A stretch of DNA of 38,723 nucleotides from IMG/VR virus record IMGVR_UViG_3300023214_000277, positions 1 to 38,723 of that record; one strand, written 5' to 3'. The stretch is from a virus. Its lineage: Duplodnaviria > Caudoviricetes. Every line of letters starts with the position of its first letter. Positions within the stretch are counted from its first letter, which is position 1. Under the pieces are notes generated by a model. That model had not been told where the DNA came from and searched no databases. It worked only from the letters and a program-made list of their open reading frames with translations. Of the stretch, positions 1 to 9,432 are shown in pieces. A program made the translations under genes and the position numbers.

Positions 1-1357
1 GTTCCAGTCCGATCTCCGCAGCAATCGTCTGCGGCGACTTGATGCGCATGCGGCGATCGATGTCGTTGACCTGCGCGTCGGCCAGGCGATCGCGACTGAT
101 GACGCCGGGAAATCCCGCATCGATATCGATTCGCGCGACGCTCCCCTCGGGCAGCCGCCCCGCCTGCTCGGCGACCTCCAGCGCGCGGTAAAGAATATCG
201 CGATCGTGCTGCCACTGCGTATCCTGCCAGCGCTCGAACGATTTGACGGCCGGGCCCTCGGCCACCAGTGTCGAGGCGTAGTTGGCGTTGCTGGCGTCAG
301 ATGTGAGCATGAACTCGGGAAGGACCAGCCGGGCGGCGACCGCCCGCAGCGTCGCCTGCACCACGGTCACGTAGTTCGCTGCGTTGATTCCCTTGCCCGG
401 AAAATCGTATTCGACGTTGCCCGGCACATCCAAGATCGTGCCGGCCGGATAATGTCCGATGTGACGGGTCATGGCACTGGAAACAAACGAGCTGCCGCGC
501 TGTGCCGCGACGGCCGCCCGCAGGGCACTGGCCGTATCCTGCGTGCCGCGCGTATGCCGGCGGAGCATGGCGATTGCCGTCTGGATCGTCGAAACGCGCG
601 CCATGTTGGCCAGCACCTTCGTGGCCGCGTCCAACTGTTTTCGGACCGGCCAAAACAGCGGCAGTCCCCGCTTTTGACCCGAGTCGCAGTGCAGCCGGCG
701 GTGCTGGATCTGGTCGGCGTCGACCCACCCCTCACCACGGAGATGATAGGCGAGCACTGTTTCGATATCGTCCGCCTCGGTCCGGACACCGTGCGACTCG
801 TTACGGCTCGCACCGGCCGGCGCAACGACATCTTCGGGTTCCACAAAACGTACCAGCAGCTCGCCGTCGACCGGAAAGAGGCGCACAAAGACCTCGCCGT
901 CGCGGTCGCGGCGCAAAATCATTTCTTGCTGCCGCAGACTCCAGCGATTGCCGCGCAGGAACTGGTCGAGCACCTCTTGCGCCGCGGTCGCCAGTTGCCC
1001 ATCGGCCTGGTTATCCGGCTGCGCGTCGCGCACCGCGGCGGTGTAGGTATGACCGGTGCCGACGATATAACTAATACGGTTCTCATGCGCGTTGATGGCG
1101 AACGGATTTTCTTGCGCCAGATAACGCGCCGCACTGCGCGCCCGATCCAAATCAACCGCCTGGTGGCGCGGCAGTTCACCGGCGCGGTCGGGCCACGGGC
1201 TGCCGGCATCGTCGGGGCTTCGGCCCACAAAGTTATTCTGCGTCTCGTTGAGCTGCGTCATACTGCGCAGCAGCGTGGCGCAGGCTTCGGCCTCGGCCGT
1301 TTCGAGTTCGCGCAGTGCAGCGCGCCGCGCGCCGGATCCGTTCCACCAGCCAAACAT
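1..1357 (-). CDS. Phage portal protein, lambda-like family (3' end cut by window edge; not in ORF track)
   Basis: Hand translation from ATG 1357 (RBS GGGGTGAGG): MFGWWNG...AARYLAQENPFA...RDGEVFVR...KRGLP...SDASNANYASTLVAE...SPQTIAAEIGLE; open to base 1; follows TerL. Confidence 0.9.
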   Translation of the reverse strand, partial: MFGWWNGSGARRAALRELETAEAEACATLLRSMTQLNETQNNFVGRSPDDAGSPWPDRAGELPRHQAVDLDRARSAARYLAQENPFAINAHENRISYIVGTGHTYTAAVRDAQPDNQADGQLATAAQEVLDQFLRGNRWSLRQQEMILRRDRDGEVFVRLFPVDGELLVRFVEPEDVVAPAGASRNESHGVRTEADDIETVLAYHLRGEGWVDADQIQHRRLHCDSGQKRGLPLFWPVRKQLDAATKVLANMARVSTIQTAIAMLRRHTRGTQDTASALRAAVAAQRGSSFVSSAMTRHIGHYPAGTILDVPGNVEYDFPGKGINAANYVTVVQATLRAVAARLVLPEFMLTSDASNANYASTLVAEGPAVKSFERWQDTQWQHDRDILYRALEVAEQAGRLPEGSVARIDIDAGFPGVISRDRLADAQVNDIDRRMRIKSPQTIAAEIGLE

Positions 1358-1368
1358 CGCCTCACCCC

Positions 1369-1560
1369 TTATGATACGGATCGCTCGGTCGCGCCATCGT
1401 AGCCGAACAGCTCGTCCGCCTCGAAGATGTGTAGCGTCTCTGGCCAGCGCGGATTGTGCCGCGGCCAGCGCGCGATCCAATTCAACACGTCACTCATCGA
1501 ATCGACGACCTCGATTCGCGAATCTCCGCCCGTCGGTTCATAGACGATCACATACATCAC
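1369..1560 (-). CDS. Small hypothetical protein between TerL and portal
   Basis: 63-aa ORF with a GGAGG RBS that fills the gap. Confidence 0.6.
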   Translation of the reverse strand: MMYVIVYEPTGGDSRIEVVDSMSDVLNWIARWPRHNPRWPETLHIFEADELFGYDGATERSVS

Positions 1561-1572
1561 AAAAAGACCTCC

Positions 1573-2964
1573 TTAGACGGTGGCGGCCGTGATCTCCCAC
1601 GGCTCGTCACTTGCGGGCAATTCCAGCGCTTCGGCAGCCCCCGCCAAAGCGATACAAAACGCCATCCCTCGATCGCCGTGTCCATAGTCGTCGCGCGGCG
1701 GATCGATCTTAAAACCCCATGACCGCTCCGTGATGTTCAGATGTTGCAAATCACGCAATAACACCTCGTCGTGATACAGATCGACGCGCCGCTCAGTAAA
1801 GACCTGCAGCAGCGCCGAGGCCATCTCGGCATGGTGCCGGGGGGTCATCGTGTATTCGATCAGGTTGGCGCCGATCGATTCGAGCCGCTGGGCCATCAGT
1901 TCGGCTTGGGCCGGATCATAAAGGATCGGACCGCCAAACGTTTCGTGGCAGCGGCGCACCGCCGCCTCGACACGCATCAGCGGGACACGGCCTTCGACCG
2001 GCGCCCACGATCGGCAGTCGACCAGGCGAATGCGCCCCTCCGTGACAGCCAGCGTAACCAGCGCGGCATGATCGCGCTTCGAGGCCAGATCCAATCCGCT
2101 CACACACATCCAGTCGTGATGGCGCCGTGGTGCCGCACTGAGGCGCTCGTCGATCGCCGCCAAAATATCTTCGCGTGCCAGGGCATCGCCTTTGTCCGGG
2201 ACCCATTGTCCCAGCCAGAGACGTTGATAACGATGCGCCGGATTGCGCTGCTGTGACTCGCGCAGATCCTGCCGGCTGATCCAGGGCGCCGGCTGCGAAT
2301 AGGCGGAAAAATCCCACCGCGGCGACTGCTCGGCAATCTGCCTCCAGCGATACTGCCAGGTGTCGAGCACGCCGGCATTGGTCGCGATCAACACGACACA
2401 GTGCGGCACCTTGTCCGCGTCATCAATCAGCGTCTGGGCGAATTGCTCGCGCTGGATATGGGATAGCTCATTGATGAGCACCATCGACGGGCGCGAGCCG
2501 TGCGTTCCATAGGGATCGGCCGTCAGGATATGACAGACCGCCCCGTTACGACGACATTTGATCTCATTGCGGTCGGCGATAATCTGTTCGGACAGTAGGC
2601 GATTGAGCGGCGCACCGACACGCTTTACCGCCTCGATAATCTGCCGCGTCTCCCGCGCTTGGTCCTGATCGTAGGCGCCGACCCGAATGCGGATATCGGC
2701 TTCGGGGTGTCCGAACAGCAACAACCACATGATCGCCAGTGCCAGGTCGGTATCTTTGCTCGCGCCCTTGGTGCGCTCACGCCAAGCACGATTGACCGCA
2801 CAGGGTTGCCGATGCGCGGCGGCCATCAACATCGGTGCCATGGCCGCCAGGTCGCGCTCTTGGAACGCGCACCAATGATCGCCGAATCGGCCGATACCGG
2901 GGATGTGCAAATTCTTGCAAAAAAACAAAAAGTCAGCGGCACAGCGCTGTAAAAAATCGCTCAC
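1573..2964 (-). CDS. terL: Terminase large subunit
   Basis: ATPase motifs RTKGASKDT, VLINELSH and ATNAG; RNase H-like nuclease motifs GLDLASKRD, YDPAQA and HGDRGMA; upstream of portal. Confidence 0.9.
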   Translation of the reverse strand: MSDFLQRCAADFLFFCKNLHIPGIGRFGDHWCAFQERDLAAMAPMLMAAAHRQPCAVNRAWRERTKGASKDTDLALAIMWLLLFGHPEADIRIRVGAYDQDQARETRQIIEAVKRVGAPLNRLLSEQIIADRNEIKCRRNGAVCHILTADPYGTHGSRPSMVLINELSHIQREQFAQTLIDDADKVPHCVVLIATNAGVLDTWQYRWRQIAEQSPRWDFSAYSQPAPWISRQDLRESQQRNPAHRYQRLWLGQWVPDKGDALAREDILAAIDERLSAAPRRHHDWMCVSGLDLASKRDHAALVTLAVTEGRIRLVDCRSWAPVEGRVPLMRVEAAVRRCHETFGGPILYDPAQAELMAQRLESIGANLIEYTMTPRHHAEMASALLQVFTERRVDLYHDEVLLRDLQHLNITERSWGFKIDPPRDDYGHGDRGMAFCIALAGAAEALELPASDEPWEITAATV

Positions 2965-5162
2965 GAATCCCCCTGCGATGCAAGTTCATAGGGATCGTAA
3001 GCCGCAATGGTCTGTTCGATGAATGTTAGTTGACTACGCAGGGCGTCCAGATACTGACTCCACTGGACCGTTTGCCCGTCGATCGTGTAGGTCGGCTTAT
3101 ATTGCGCGCTGATCGCCTTGATCTGCGCCACAATGTTATCGCGTGCCACCTTCAGATCACCAACGTTATCTCCACTCGACGCGCCGACCAGGGCCAAGGT
3201 GGTCGACTGCAATAGTGCGCCGAATGTGCCGTCGGTCTGATGGTCGGTGAGTTGGGCACCCCATACATCGCTATCGGTCAACAGGTCGTCCAGGTGTCGA
3301 TCGACCGAGCCGGTGGCCGGATCGCCGACCGTCGGCGCGAGTTTCATGGCATCGCGTACCGCCTGCGCTGTCACACCCGCACCGCCCGGCGCCAACTGGA
3401 GGGCATGCGCGGTGTATTGGGTCACTCCAGCATTATTTTGGACCATCTCATTGAGCAGTGCGTCGGATGCGCCGGGCTTGTTGGTCGCGTCGTAGGTGGC
3501 CGCAAAAAGGTGATCGAGATGGATGGCCGCTAGCCGCGCGTCGACGTCGCCGGTCGATAGGTCATTCAGAGCCGCCAGCCCAGCATCCAACTCCGCTTTG
3601 GTTGGACCGTCGTAACTGTTGAGTGACACCGTTACATGCGTCTCGATGTCGCTGGTCGAAACATCGTTGAGACCGGCAATCAAGCCGGGGATCGTGGTTT
3701 GCGTATCGTCTAAGACCGCGTCCAAAATCACATCCAGCCGGCCGGCGTCGGCCCAGTCGGCGAGCACCTGGCCGAGGGTTCCGGCAGCGTGTCCGCTGTC
3801 GGCCGCCGCCCACACGTCGGTGGCCGCCAGGTTGTTCAGGGCGGCAATCTCGTCGGAGATGTTTTTCAGATCATCATCATCGGCACCGCGAATGTTCGCT
3901 TCGGTGGTGCTGATCGCCTGGTCGAGATTGTCGAGGTTGGTCGCCCGGGCGCCGGTGATCCGTGTATCGTGGAGGGTGTCGAGCTTCGCCCGATCGGCGG
4001 CGGTGAAATCGGTGGCGATGTCGTCGACCACCATCGACTGGGCGGCATACTCGCGAGCGTTGCCGCCTTCGGTGACCGACCAGGCGAAATGGAGCGTCTC
4101 TTTAGCATGCGTGTCGGCGACCGTGTAGTCGGCCGTATAGTGGCCGGTCGAGACATTGGTGACACTGCTGAGATTCGCGCTGCGATCGGTCCCGGCTGCA
4201 TTGGTCACCGCCAGGGTCGGCGTGGAGTCGGGCGCCTCCATGTTGCCCGCCTCGTCGTAGAGATAGAGGTGCACCACGTAGTCATCGCTGCCGCTGGTCG
4301 GACGGACCAGGTTGCCGGCCAACACCACATGGATGCGCGTGTTGTTTTGCAGGGCCAACACTTCGGCCGAGCTGGAGACCAACCCGCCGACGGCCAGGTT
4401 GTCGAGATAGCCGGCCCGCGTTGCGGTGATGCGCGTATCATGCAGCGCGTCGAGCTTGGTGCGATCGGCGGCGACAAAACTACTGGCGATCGTCGTGCCA
4501 GTCAGGCCGACCGTGGAAGTCGGACTGGAGACGTTCGCCCAGTCGATCCCCGCATTCCCATCGGCGCTGACATCCAGCTTGCGGCCGGTGGTGGTCGGTT
4601 GCAGCGGTGCCAGGCCGGTATCGTAGGCGACCACCAGTGCGCTGCTGCGACCGTTCGCGTCTTGGGCGATCTGGCCGGCTCCGGTCCCGCGGGTATAGAG
4701 TCCGCCGACCGCTTCGGCCGCCGCATTGGGCAGGGACGTCATCCCGCCGCGCACCGAGTCATAGGGATCGATTCCGAGCAGCGGAATCACCACGTCGGTC
4801 TCGGCCGCATCGGTCGCGCCGCTGATCGATACCATGAGGTAGGTTGCCGCCGAGACGGCATACCGCGCGTCGGCCAACTGGATCTCGTAGATACCCTTAT
4901 GATTGGTCGCATCAACTTCGGCGAAGCGGCACTTGCCGGCCGACGGCGCAGCGTAGGTGCCGAGGGTCGAAATCGTTTCGATGTCGCCGGCCGCTTGGGT
5001 GTAAGCGGTCGGCGTCGCCTCATTGTCGGCGATCGTCGAGATAATCAGACCGCTGCTTGTTTCATCGAGCCCCGTCTGTCCTGCGCCGGTCGACACGGAC
5101 GAATCGAGGATCTTGACGCGCAGGATCACGCTATCTTGATCGTGGGTATAAGAAATCAGCAT
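2961..5162 (-). CDS. Long acidic repeat-rich virion protein (fibre-like) with C-terminal gpW-like domain, ~733 aa
   Basis: Likely ATG 5162 overlaps the upstream stop; Ala/Thr/Asp/Gly-rich; internal repeat FxAADRxKLDxLHDTRITxxRAxxLDNL occurs twice; C-terminus KPTYTIDGQTVQWSQYLDALRSQL. Confidence 0.7.
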   Translation of the reverse strand: MLISYTHDQDSVILRVKILDSSVSTGAGQTGLDETSSGLIISTIADNEATPTAYTQAAGDIETISTLGTYAAPSAGKCRFAEVDATNHKGIYEIQLADARYAVSAATYLMVSISGATDAAETDVVIPLLGIDPYDSVRGGMTSLPNAAAEAVGGLYTRGTGAGQIAQDANGRSSALVVAYDTGLAPLQPTTTGRKLDVSADGNAGIDWANVSSPTSTVGLTGTTIASSFVAADRTKLDALHDTRITATRAGYLDNLAVGGLVSSSAEVLALQNNTRIHVVLAGNLVRPTSGSDDYVVHLYLYDEAGNMEAPDSTPTLAVTNAAGTDRSANLSSVTNVSTGHYTADYTVADTHAKETLHFAWSVTEGGNAREYAAQSMVVDDIATDFTAADRAKLDTLHDTRITGARATNLDNLDQAISTTEANIRGADDDDLKNISDEIAALNNLAATDVWAAADSGHAAGTLGQVLADWADAGRLDVILDAVLDDTQTTIPGLIAGLNDVSTSDIETHVTVSLNSYDGPTKAELDAGLAALNDLSTGDVDARLAAIHLDHLFAATYDATNKPGASDALLNEMVQNNAGVTQYTAHALQLAPGGAGVTAQAVRDAMKLAPTVGDPATGSVDRHLDDLLTDSDVWGAQLTDHQTDGTFGALLQSTTLALVGASSGDNVGDLKVARDNIVAQIKAISAQYKPTYTIDGQTVQWSQYLDALRSQLTFIEQTIAAYDPYELASQGDS

Positions 5163-5779
5163 CCGACAAATCCACCGGATAAGGTTAAGCGTCGAGTGTA
5201 ATGAGGAAACGGACCCCCGCCGGCCGAGCAGTTTCGCAACAGCAGCCACCCGCCGTTACGAAGCTGCAACGCGCCATCCGACGGCAAGTCATTCCGCAGT
5301 CGCATGGCACACGTGGGAATATTTTCGGTGTAATAAATCTTCATCGGACACCAGTCGATGTCGTAATCGCTCGATCCACTGAGGCGCACCCAAAAGCCGA
5401 ATCCATCCGCATTGACGTCTTCAACCGTGCGACCATCCCAGCCCCATAGGTCGGTGGGCCCGCCGATGACGTTCTGACCGACTGTTAGTGTTTCATCGCC
5501 CTTTAAAGTCCCCAGTTGCCCGCCTGGGTTTTCTCGGAGCTGAATGTTATCGACGTCGGGAATGGTGCCCGCAGAGGGCAAATCAATCATTACCTCGAAA
5601 CCGTCGATCGTTGCTCCCGCCGGCAGTGATGCACCATATTGATGAGGGTGGATATCGCTGAAGGAGGAGGCTGCACTGGCCACCGACGCGTCATCGGCGA
5701 ACACGTTCTCGGGGTCTGTCAGTGCATTGATGAGCACCGGCCCCAGATCCGCCGGATTCAGCCAACCAGTATCGGCCAC
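5156..5779 (-). CDS. Putative virion structural/fibre-associated protein
   Basis: 207 aa; RBS GGAGG; LPAGATIDGFEV and GGPTDLWG segments resemble phage structural beta-rich domains; coupled to neighbours. Confidence 0.55.
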   Translation of the reverse strand: MADTGWLNPADLGPVLINALTDPENVFADDASVASAASSFSDIHPHQYGASLPAGATIDGFEVMIDLPSAGTIPDVDNIQLRENPGGQLGTLKGDETLTVGQNVIGGPTDLWGWDGRTVEDVNADGFGFWVRLSGSSDYDIDWCPMKIYYTENIPTCAMRLRNDLPSDGALQLRNGGWLLLRNCSAGGGPFPHYTRRLTLSGGFVGC

Positions 5780-5781
5780 CG

Positions 5782-6315
5782 TCAGACCTCCAATCCGCGC
5801 TGGAGGGCGCGCACGTCGTCGACGGTCGACGCGTCACGTATCTGCGAAATAACCGTGGCTGCCGTCTGGTAAAGCCCGCGCAACTCGGCAATTCGTGCCG
5901 CGGCGATCGCCCGCAGTGCGGCCACATCCGGCACCGGCACCACGTTGCCCCGTGCGTCGAAAAGACTCACGCCGGCGCCGTTGAAATCGTTGCGGTCATC
6001 GGCCGCAATGTGCGCCTCGCGCAGCGCGTCGCCGCCCAACGCAAACGTCTCGCCGCCGGCACTGAATGTCGACCCGTAAATCCGCTCTCGCAGCTTGCGC
6101 TGCACGGCTACCATCGCCAATCGCTTCTGGCGCCGCAAGCGGAATGCGGCAAAGTCGGGATCGTCGATCATCGCCAGCAGCGTCGCCGTATCGGGCTGCG
6201 CCGCGCCGATCTCCGCCGCGTCCCATGAGTCGATCCGCTCGGCCCGCCCGGCCGGCTTGCCGATCGTGAATCCTTCGGTCACACCGAATTGCCACTGGAT
6301 TAGATCGGCCAGCAC
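5782..6315 (-). CDS. Putative fibre assembly chaperone (XkdW/DUF4376-like)
   Basis: 177 aa directly after the C1q-like fibre gene; N-terminal IDSWDAAEIGAAQP and helical C-terminus ending DASTVDDVRAL. Confidence 0.5.
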   Translation of the reverse strand: MLADLIQWQFGVTEGFTIGKPAGRAERIDSWDAAEIGAAQPDTATLLAMIDDPDFAAFRLRRQKRLAMVAVQRKLRERIYGSTFSAGGETFALGGDALREAHIAADDRNDFNGAGVSLFDARGNVVPVPDVAALRAIAAARIAELRGLYQTAATVISQIRDASTVDDVRALQRGLEV

Positions 6316-7181
6316 TACATGATCTCCTTGATCGAAGCCAACGCATTGCCGCCGCTGGTGACCAGCAAATCGGCAGCCGCACCGGAGTTTTGTTTCAGTC
6401 GCGCATCAACCGTGTCGCCGGCCGCGAGCGATGGAATGTGAAAATCGAAGTGGCCGGCCGAAAAGCCTCCGCCGCTATAGTTGATCCGGCGCAATGCGGA
6501 AAAGACATCATTGATATACAGTTCGCAATCGAATTTTTCGCCGCTGGTCAGGGCCGTATCAATGTTAGCAAACACCTCTAAGTCATAGCTTCCGGCGCGC
6601 TGAACCACGAACTTATTGCCGGCCAGGTTCACCAGGCTGCCGATATCGGATCCGACCGCCTCGTCCCAAGTGACCTGGGTCAGTGTGTTGTTGTTCAAAG
6701 TTTGGGCCGACGTCTGCCTCATGCCGGCCGAGTGCGCGGCGAGATGCTGAGAGAGGATCAGCCACTGGCTGCCATTATAACGACACACCAAGCAGTCAGC
6801 CTCGACGAACATCAGCACATCGGAGCTGCCGCCCAGATCATTACCATTGCCGTCGACCGTGACTTTGTGCTTGGTCGTGCTAGTCGCGCCTTCGGTCCCC
6901 ACATAGACGCCGAAAACAAAATTGGTCGCCGGCGAGGCGGGCAGATCGAGCTCGATGTCGCCGGACGACAGATCGCAGACGACCAGGTCCTGATCGGCGA
7001 TCGCATAGGGAGAATCGGTATTGGCCTTGGCCGTAATCGGCAGTTGCAGGGCGCGGCGAAAATCGGGCAGCAAGATGCCGTACTCTTCGCTGCTATTAAA
7101 GAGCACCACATTGTCGGCCTCGTCGGTCGACGTTTTGGACGCCATCGGATTGGTGCCGGCGACCGAACCGAAACTGCTCAC
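6315..7181 (-). CDS. Putative receptor-binding fibre protein with C1q/TNF-like C-terminal domain
   Basis: AQTLNNNTLTQVTWD...NKFVVQRAGSYDL...LAAGDTVDARL fits a C1q-like pattern; N-terminal VCDLSSGDIELDLPASP module. Confidence 0.65.
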   Translation of the reverse strand: MSSFGSVAGTNPMASKTSTDEADNVVLFNSSEEYGILLPDFRRALQLPITAKANTDSPYAIADQDLVVCDLSSGDIELDLPASPATNFVFGVYVGTEGATSTTKHKVTVDGNGNDLGGSSDVLMFVEADCLVCRYNGSQWLILSQHLAAHSAGMRQTSAQTLNNNTLTQVTWDEAVGSDIGSLVNLAGNKFVVQRAGSYDLEVFANIDTALTSGEKFDCELYINDVFSALRRINYSGGGFSAGHFDFHIPSLAAGDTVDARLKQNSGAAADLLVTSGGNALASIKEIM

Positions 7182-7390
7182 GAGCCCACCTCCACGCGAT
7201 CCAGGCGCCGGCGAACCTCGTCGATCGCCGCACCATTGAGTAGGCTGCGACTTTCGTTATCGACCAGCTTGTCGACGATTTTGATTAGCTGCTGCTGGTT
7301 TGTTTCGATCACGGTAATCCGCCGATCCCAACGAATGAAAAAACCGGCCAACAATACCAAGTGCGCCACGACCGTAAGCCAGTCACGCAT
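7178..7390 (-). CDS. Small membrane protein, holin candidate
   Basis: MRDWLTVVAHLVLLAGFFIRW transmembrane segment followed by coiled coil; stop overlaps next start; start uncertain. Confidence 0.5.
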   Translation of the reverse strand: MRDWLTVVAHLVLLAGFFIRWDRRITVIETNQQQLIKIVDKLVDNESRSLLNGAAIDEVRRRLDRVEVGS

Positions 7391-7451
7391 CCCCAGGCGC
7401 ACGCGGCCGGTATTATCCGAGTCGCCCGACCCACCCTTATCATTGCCGCCC

Positions 7452-8042
7452 TTATCCGGGCCGAAGCAAACGCGCACGCTGATGATCCCATAACAGTGAA
7501 CGGGCCAGGTCGCCCGGGGTGGTGTAACCATTAGGCAGCCACGGCACCGGATCGATGCCGCCGTCGATCGCCGCGGCGCGGCTGACCAGCTCGGAGCAGA
7601 CCGGATCGTCGCCAATCGTATCGGGACGTCTCGGCAAGATCCGGGCCGCCAGCCGTACCAGCGGCGTGCGACGCAAGCCCAGATGCACCAATCGGCGCAG
7701 ACCATACGCACCGCCGGACATTTCGCGTGCCAGGCAGCCGGCCGCAGCCCCGCGAAATCCCGGATAGTGGCGCCGGTCGACCGGCACCCAGCACCACATA
7801 CCCGGATGTGCTTCGACCAGCCGCTCTAAGTTGCGGGTCGCGATGCCCGAGAACAGTGCGCCGGTCGCCTCGATCAGCGGGTCGACCGAGGTGATCAGCT
7901 CGGCGTGACAATAGCTGCTCCGCTCTTCCAGCCGCAGCAGCCAGCCGCGCAGGCTGGTCGGTCGCGCCAGCAGCAGGTCGCCGACGGCGATCTGGTCGAT
8001 CAGCTCCGAGAGCGGCGCGGCGGGTGGCAGGTCGCAGGCCAT
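7452..8042 (-). CDS. Permuted papain-like amidase (YiiX/YaeF-type permuted NlpC/P60)
   Basis: GDLLLAR, SYCHAEL (His before Cys), AYG, VCSELVSRA and TTPGDL motifs. Confidence 0.8.
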   Translation of the reverse strand: MACDLPPAAPLSELIDQIAVGDLLLARPTSLRGWLLRLEERSSYCHAELITSVDPLIEATGALFSGIATRNLERLVEAHPGMWCWVPVDRRHYPGFRGAAAGCLAREMSGGAYGLRRLVHLGLRRTPLVRLAARILPRRPDTIGDDPVCSELVSRAAAIDGGIDPVPWLPNGYTTPGDLARSLLWDHQRARLLRPG

Positions 8043-8102
8043 GGTCTGGTAAATCCCAGATAGTGCAGGACGAAAAAAAGAGAAACACAAATCGGCGGGC
8101 GA

Positions 8103-8588
8103 CTAGGAACCAACCTTGTCTGCCGCTTGGGAAGCTGCGATTTGTGTTTTGGCCCGCTGCAGGCTGGCTTGTTCGTTGAGCCGCGCGTTTTCCGCGACCG
8201 CGGCCCGCTCCGCCTCTTCGACGCGAATCTTATTGTCGACGATCCGCCTAATCTGGCTGGCGAACTCCGGATCGTCATCAATCAGCTTCGGCACCATCGT
8301 TTGGGCCACGCCGCGCAGGTGCGCTCTCAGTTCCGCCGGCTTCAATGACAGATCATAAAACGATTTGAGTTTCTGCATCGCGCCGCTGTAGTCGCCGATC
8401 GCCAGGTCGGTCAGCGCCTCGCCGGCATAGGTGAGTCCGTGGCCGTGCAAAATACGGCCGGTCTCGGCGTAGACCCGGCGCCGCTGCTCTTGGCGGTCAT
8501 CGCGTTTGACGGACAACTTGACGGCCAGGAAAGCAGCGGCAGCCACCGCGATCAACGTGATAATGCCTTGGGGCGTGACGCTAAACAT
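8103..8588 (-). CDS. Membrane-anchored coiled-coil protein
   Basis: ATG 8588 with GGAG RBS; N-terminal TM IITLIAVAAAAFLAV; helical C-terminus. Confidence 0.7.
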   Translation of the reverse strand: MFSVTPQGIITLIAVAAAAFLAVKLSVKRDDRQEQRRRVYAETGRILHGHGLTYAGEALTDLAIGDYSGAMQKLKSFYDLSLKPAELRAHLRGVAQTMVPKLIDDDPEFASQIRRIVDNKIRVEEAERAAVAENARLNEQASLQRAKTQIAASQAADKVGS

Positions 8589-8799
8589 CGTTCTGTCTCT
8601 CCAATGAAAAGTGTTCCGGGTCGTGTTCGTGTCGGTCGCAAACATCCCATGGCTGGCGAGCCGGCATCATTGTGCACGGCGTCGCGTTATCGGGATGCGT
8701 GCATACCAGCGGTATAACATTGTGCGTATTGGCGGCATACCAAATGCACGTCTCACAGCAGAATCCACTTGCTAATTTGTCGGCCACCGAACGAGCCAT
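8581..8799 (-). CDS. Small Cys-rich hypothetical protein
   Basis: 72 aa with CCETC..C..C..C; AAGGA RBS; overlaps next start. Confidence 0.55.
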   Translation of the reverse strand: MARSVADKLASGFCCETCIWYAANTHNVIPLVCTHPDNATPCTMMPARQPWDVCDRHEHDPEHFSLERQNDV

Positions 8800-8807
8800 A
8801 ACAATCC

Positions 8808-9374
8808 TTAGTTGCTGACTCGCCGGCGCATCTCAAAGACAAACCCCAGCCCGGCGGCCAACACGCCCACCGCCACAATCAGCCAGGTCGGATTACGCGA
8901 GGGTGCGGGGACCGGATCGACCGGCGGCTGGGGCTGCGGGTCCAGATCGGGCAGCGGCTCGGCCGGTTGCGGTTGCGGAGCCGGCTGCGGTGCCGGCTGC
9001 ACCGGATCGGCGCGGCGGCGCGGGCAATTAGGGCAAAGCGCCTGTTTGGCAGATTTTGCGAGATCCCAGAAAAGCTGCGTCGAATCGTTAGGAACGTTTT
9101 CGCCCGATCGATAATAGAGCACGCGCCCCGACGCTAATTGCAAACAGACTTGGGGAGATTGTTGCGATCGACCCCAATACTCGCGATAGCGGCGCGACCC
9201 GGTGGTGAATCGGTTGAACCGCGTGCGATCCCGAAACGATCGCAGCCGCTCATCTCCAGAAAACATATCGGCCACCTGGCCACCGTCGTCGACCACCGTT
9301 AGATACATCTTGCCGTCGTCGTCGGGCAACTGCGCGGTCACCGCCGCGGCACACAAAACGAGTGATGCAAACAT
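8808..9374 (-). CDS. Exported protein with signal peptide, Pro/Gln-rich linker and C-terminal membrane anchor
   Basis: ATG 9374 with AGGAG RBS; MFASLVLCAAAVTAQ; CPNCP; PQPAPQPQPAEP; TM WLIVAVGVLAAGLGFVF followed by RRR. Confidence 0.75.
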   Translation of the reverse strand: MFASLVLCAAAVTAQLPDDDGKMYLTVVDDGGQVADMFSGDERLRSFRDRTRFNRFTTGSRRYREYWGRSQQSPQVCLQLASGRVLYYRSGENVPNDSTQLFWDLAKSAKQALCPNCPRRRADPVQPAPQPAPQPQPAEPLPDLDPQPQPPVDPVPAPSRNPTWLIVAVGVLAAGLGFVFEMRRRVSN

Positions 9375-9432
9375 GCCATCTCCTAACAAAAAAACGGAAC
9401 GGGGCGGTTGTGGGTCGTCACCGAAAAGCGGG

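Noticed and set aside
1-10. Exact circular join of the two ends
   Set aside because: A direct join puts the portal out of frame and only 5 bases (GGACT) are shared, so a gap is more likely
206-1402. 398-aa plus-strand ORF
   Set aside because: Antisense shadow of the portal gene, which has clear motifs on the minus strand
3789-5201. 470-aa plus-strand ORF (likewise 34457-35662, 30394-31458, 36508-37488)
   Set aside because: Antisense shadows typical of GC-rich coding DNA, with no recognisable motifs
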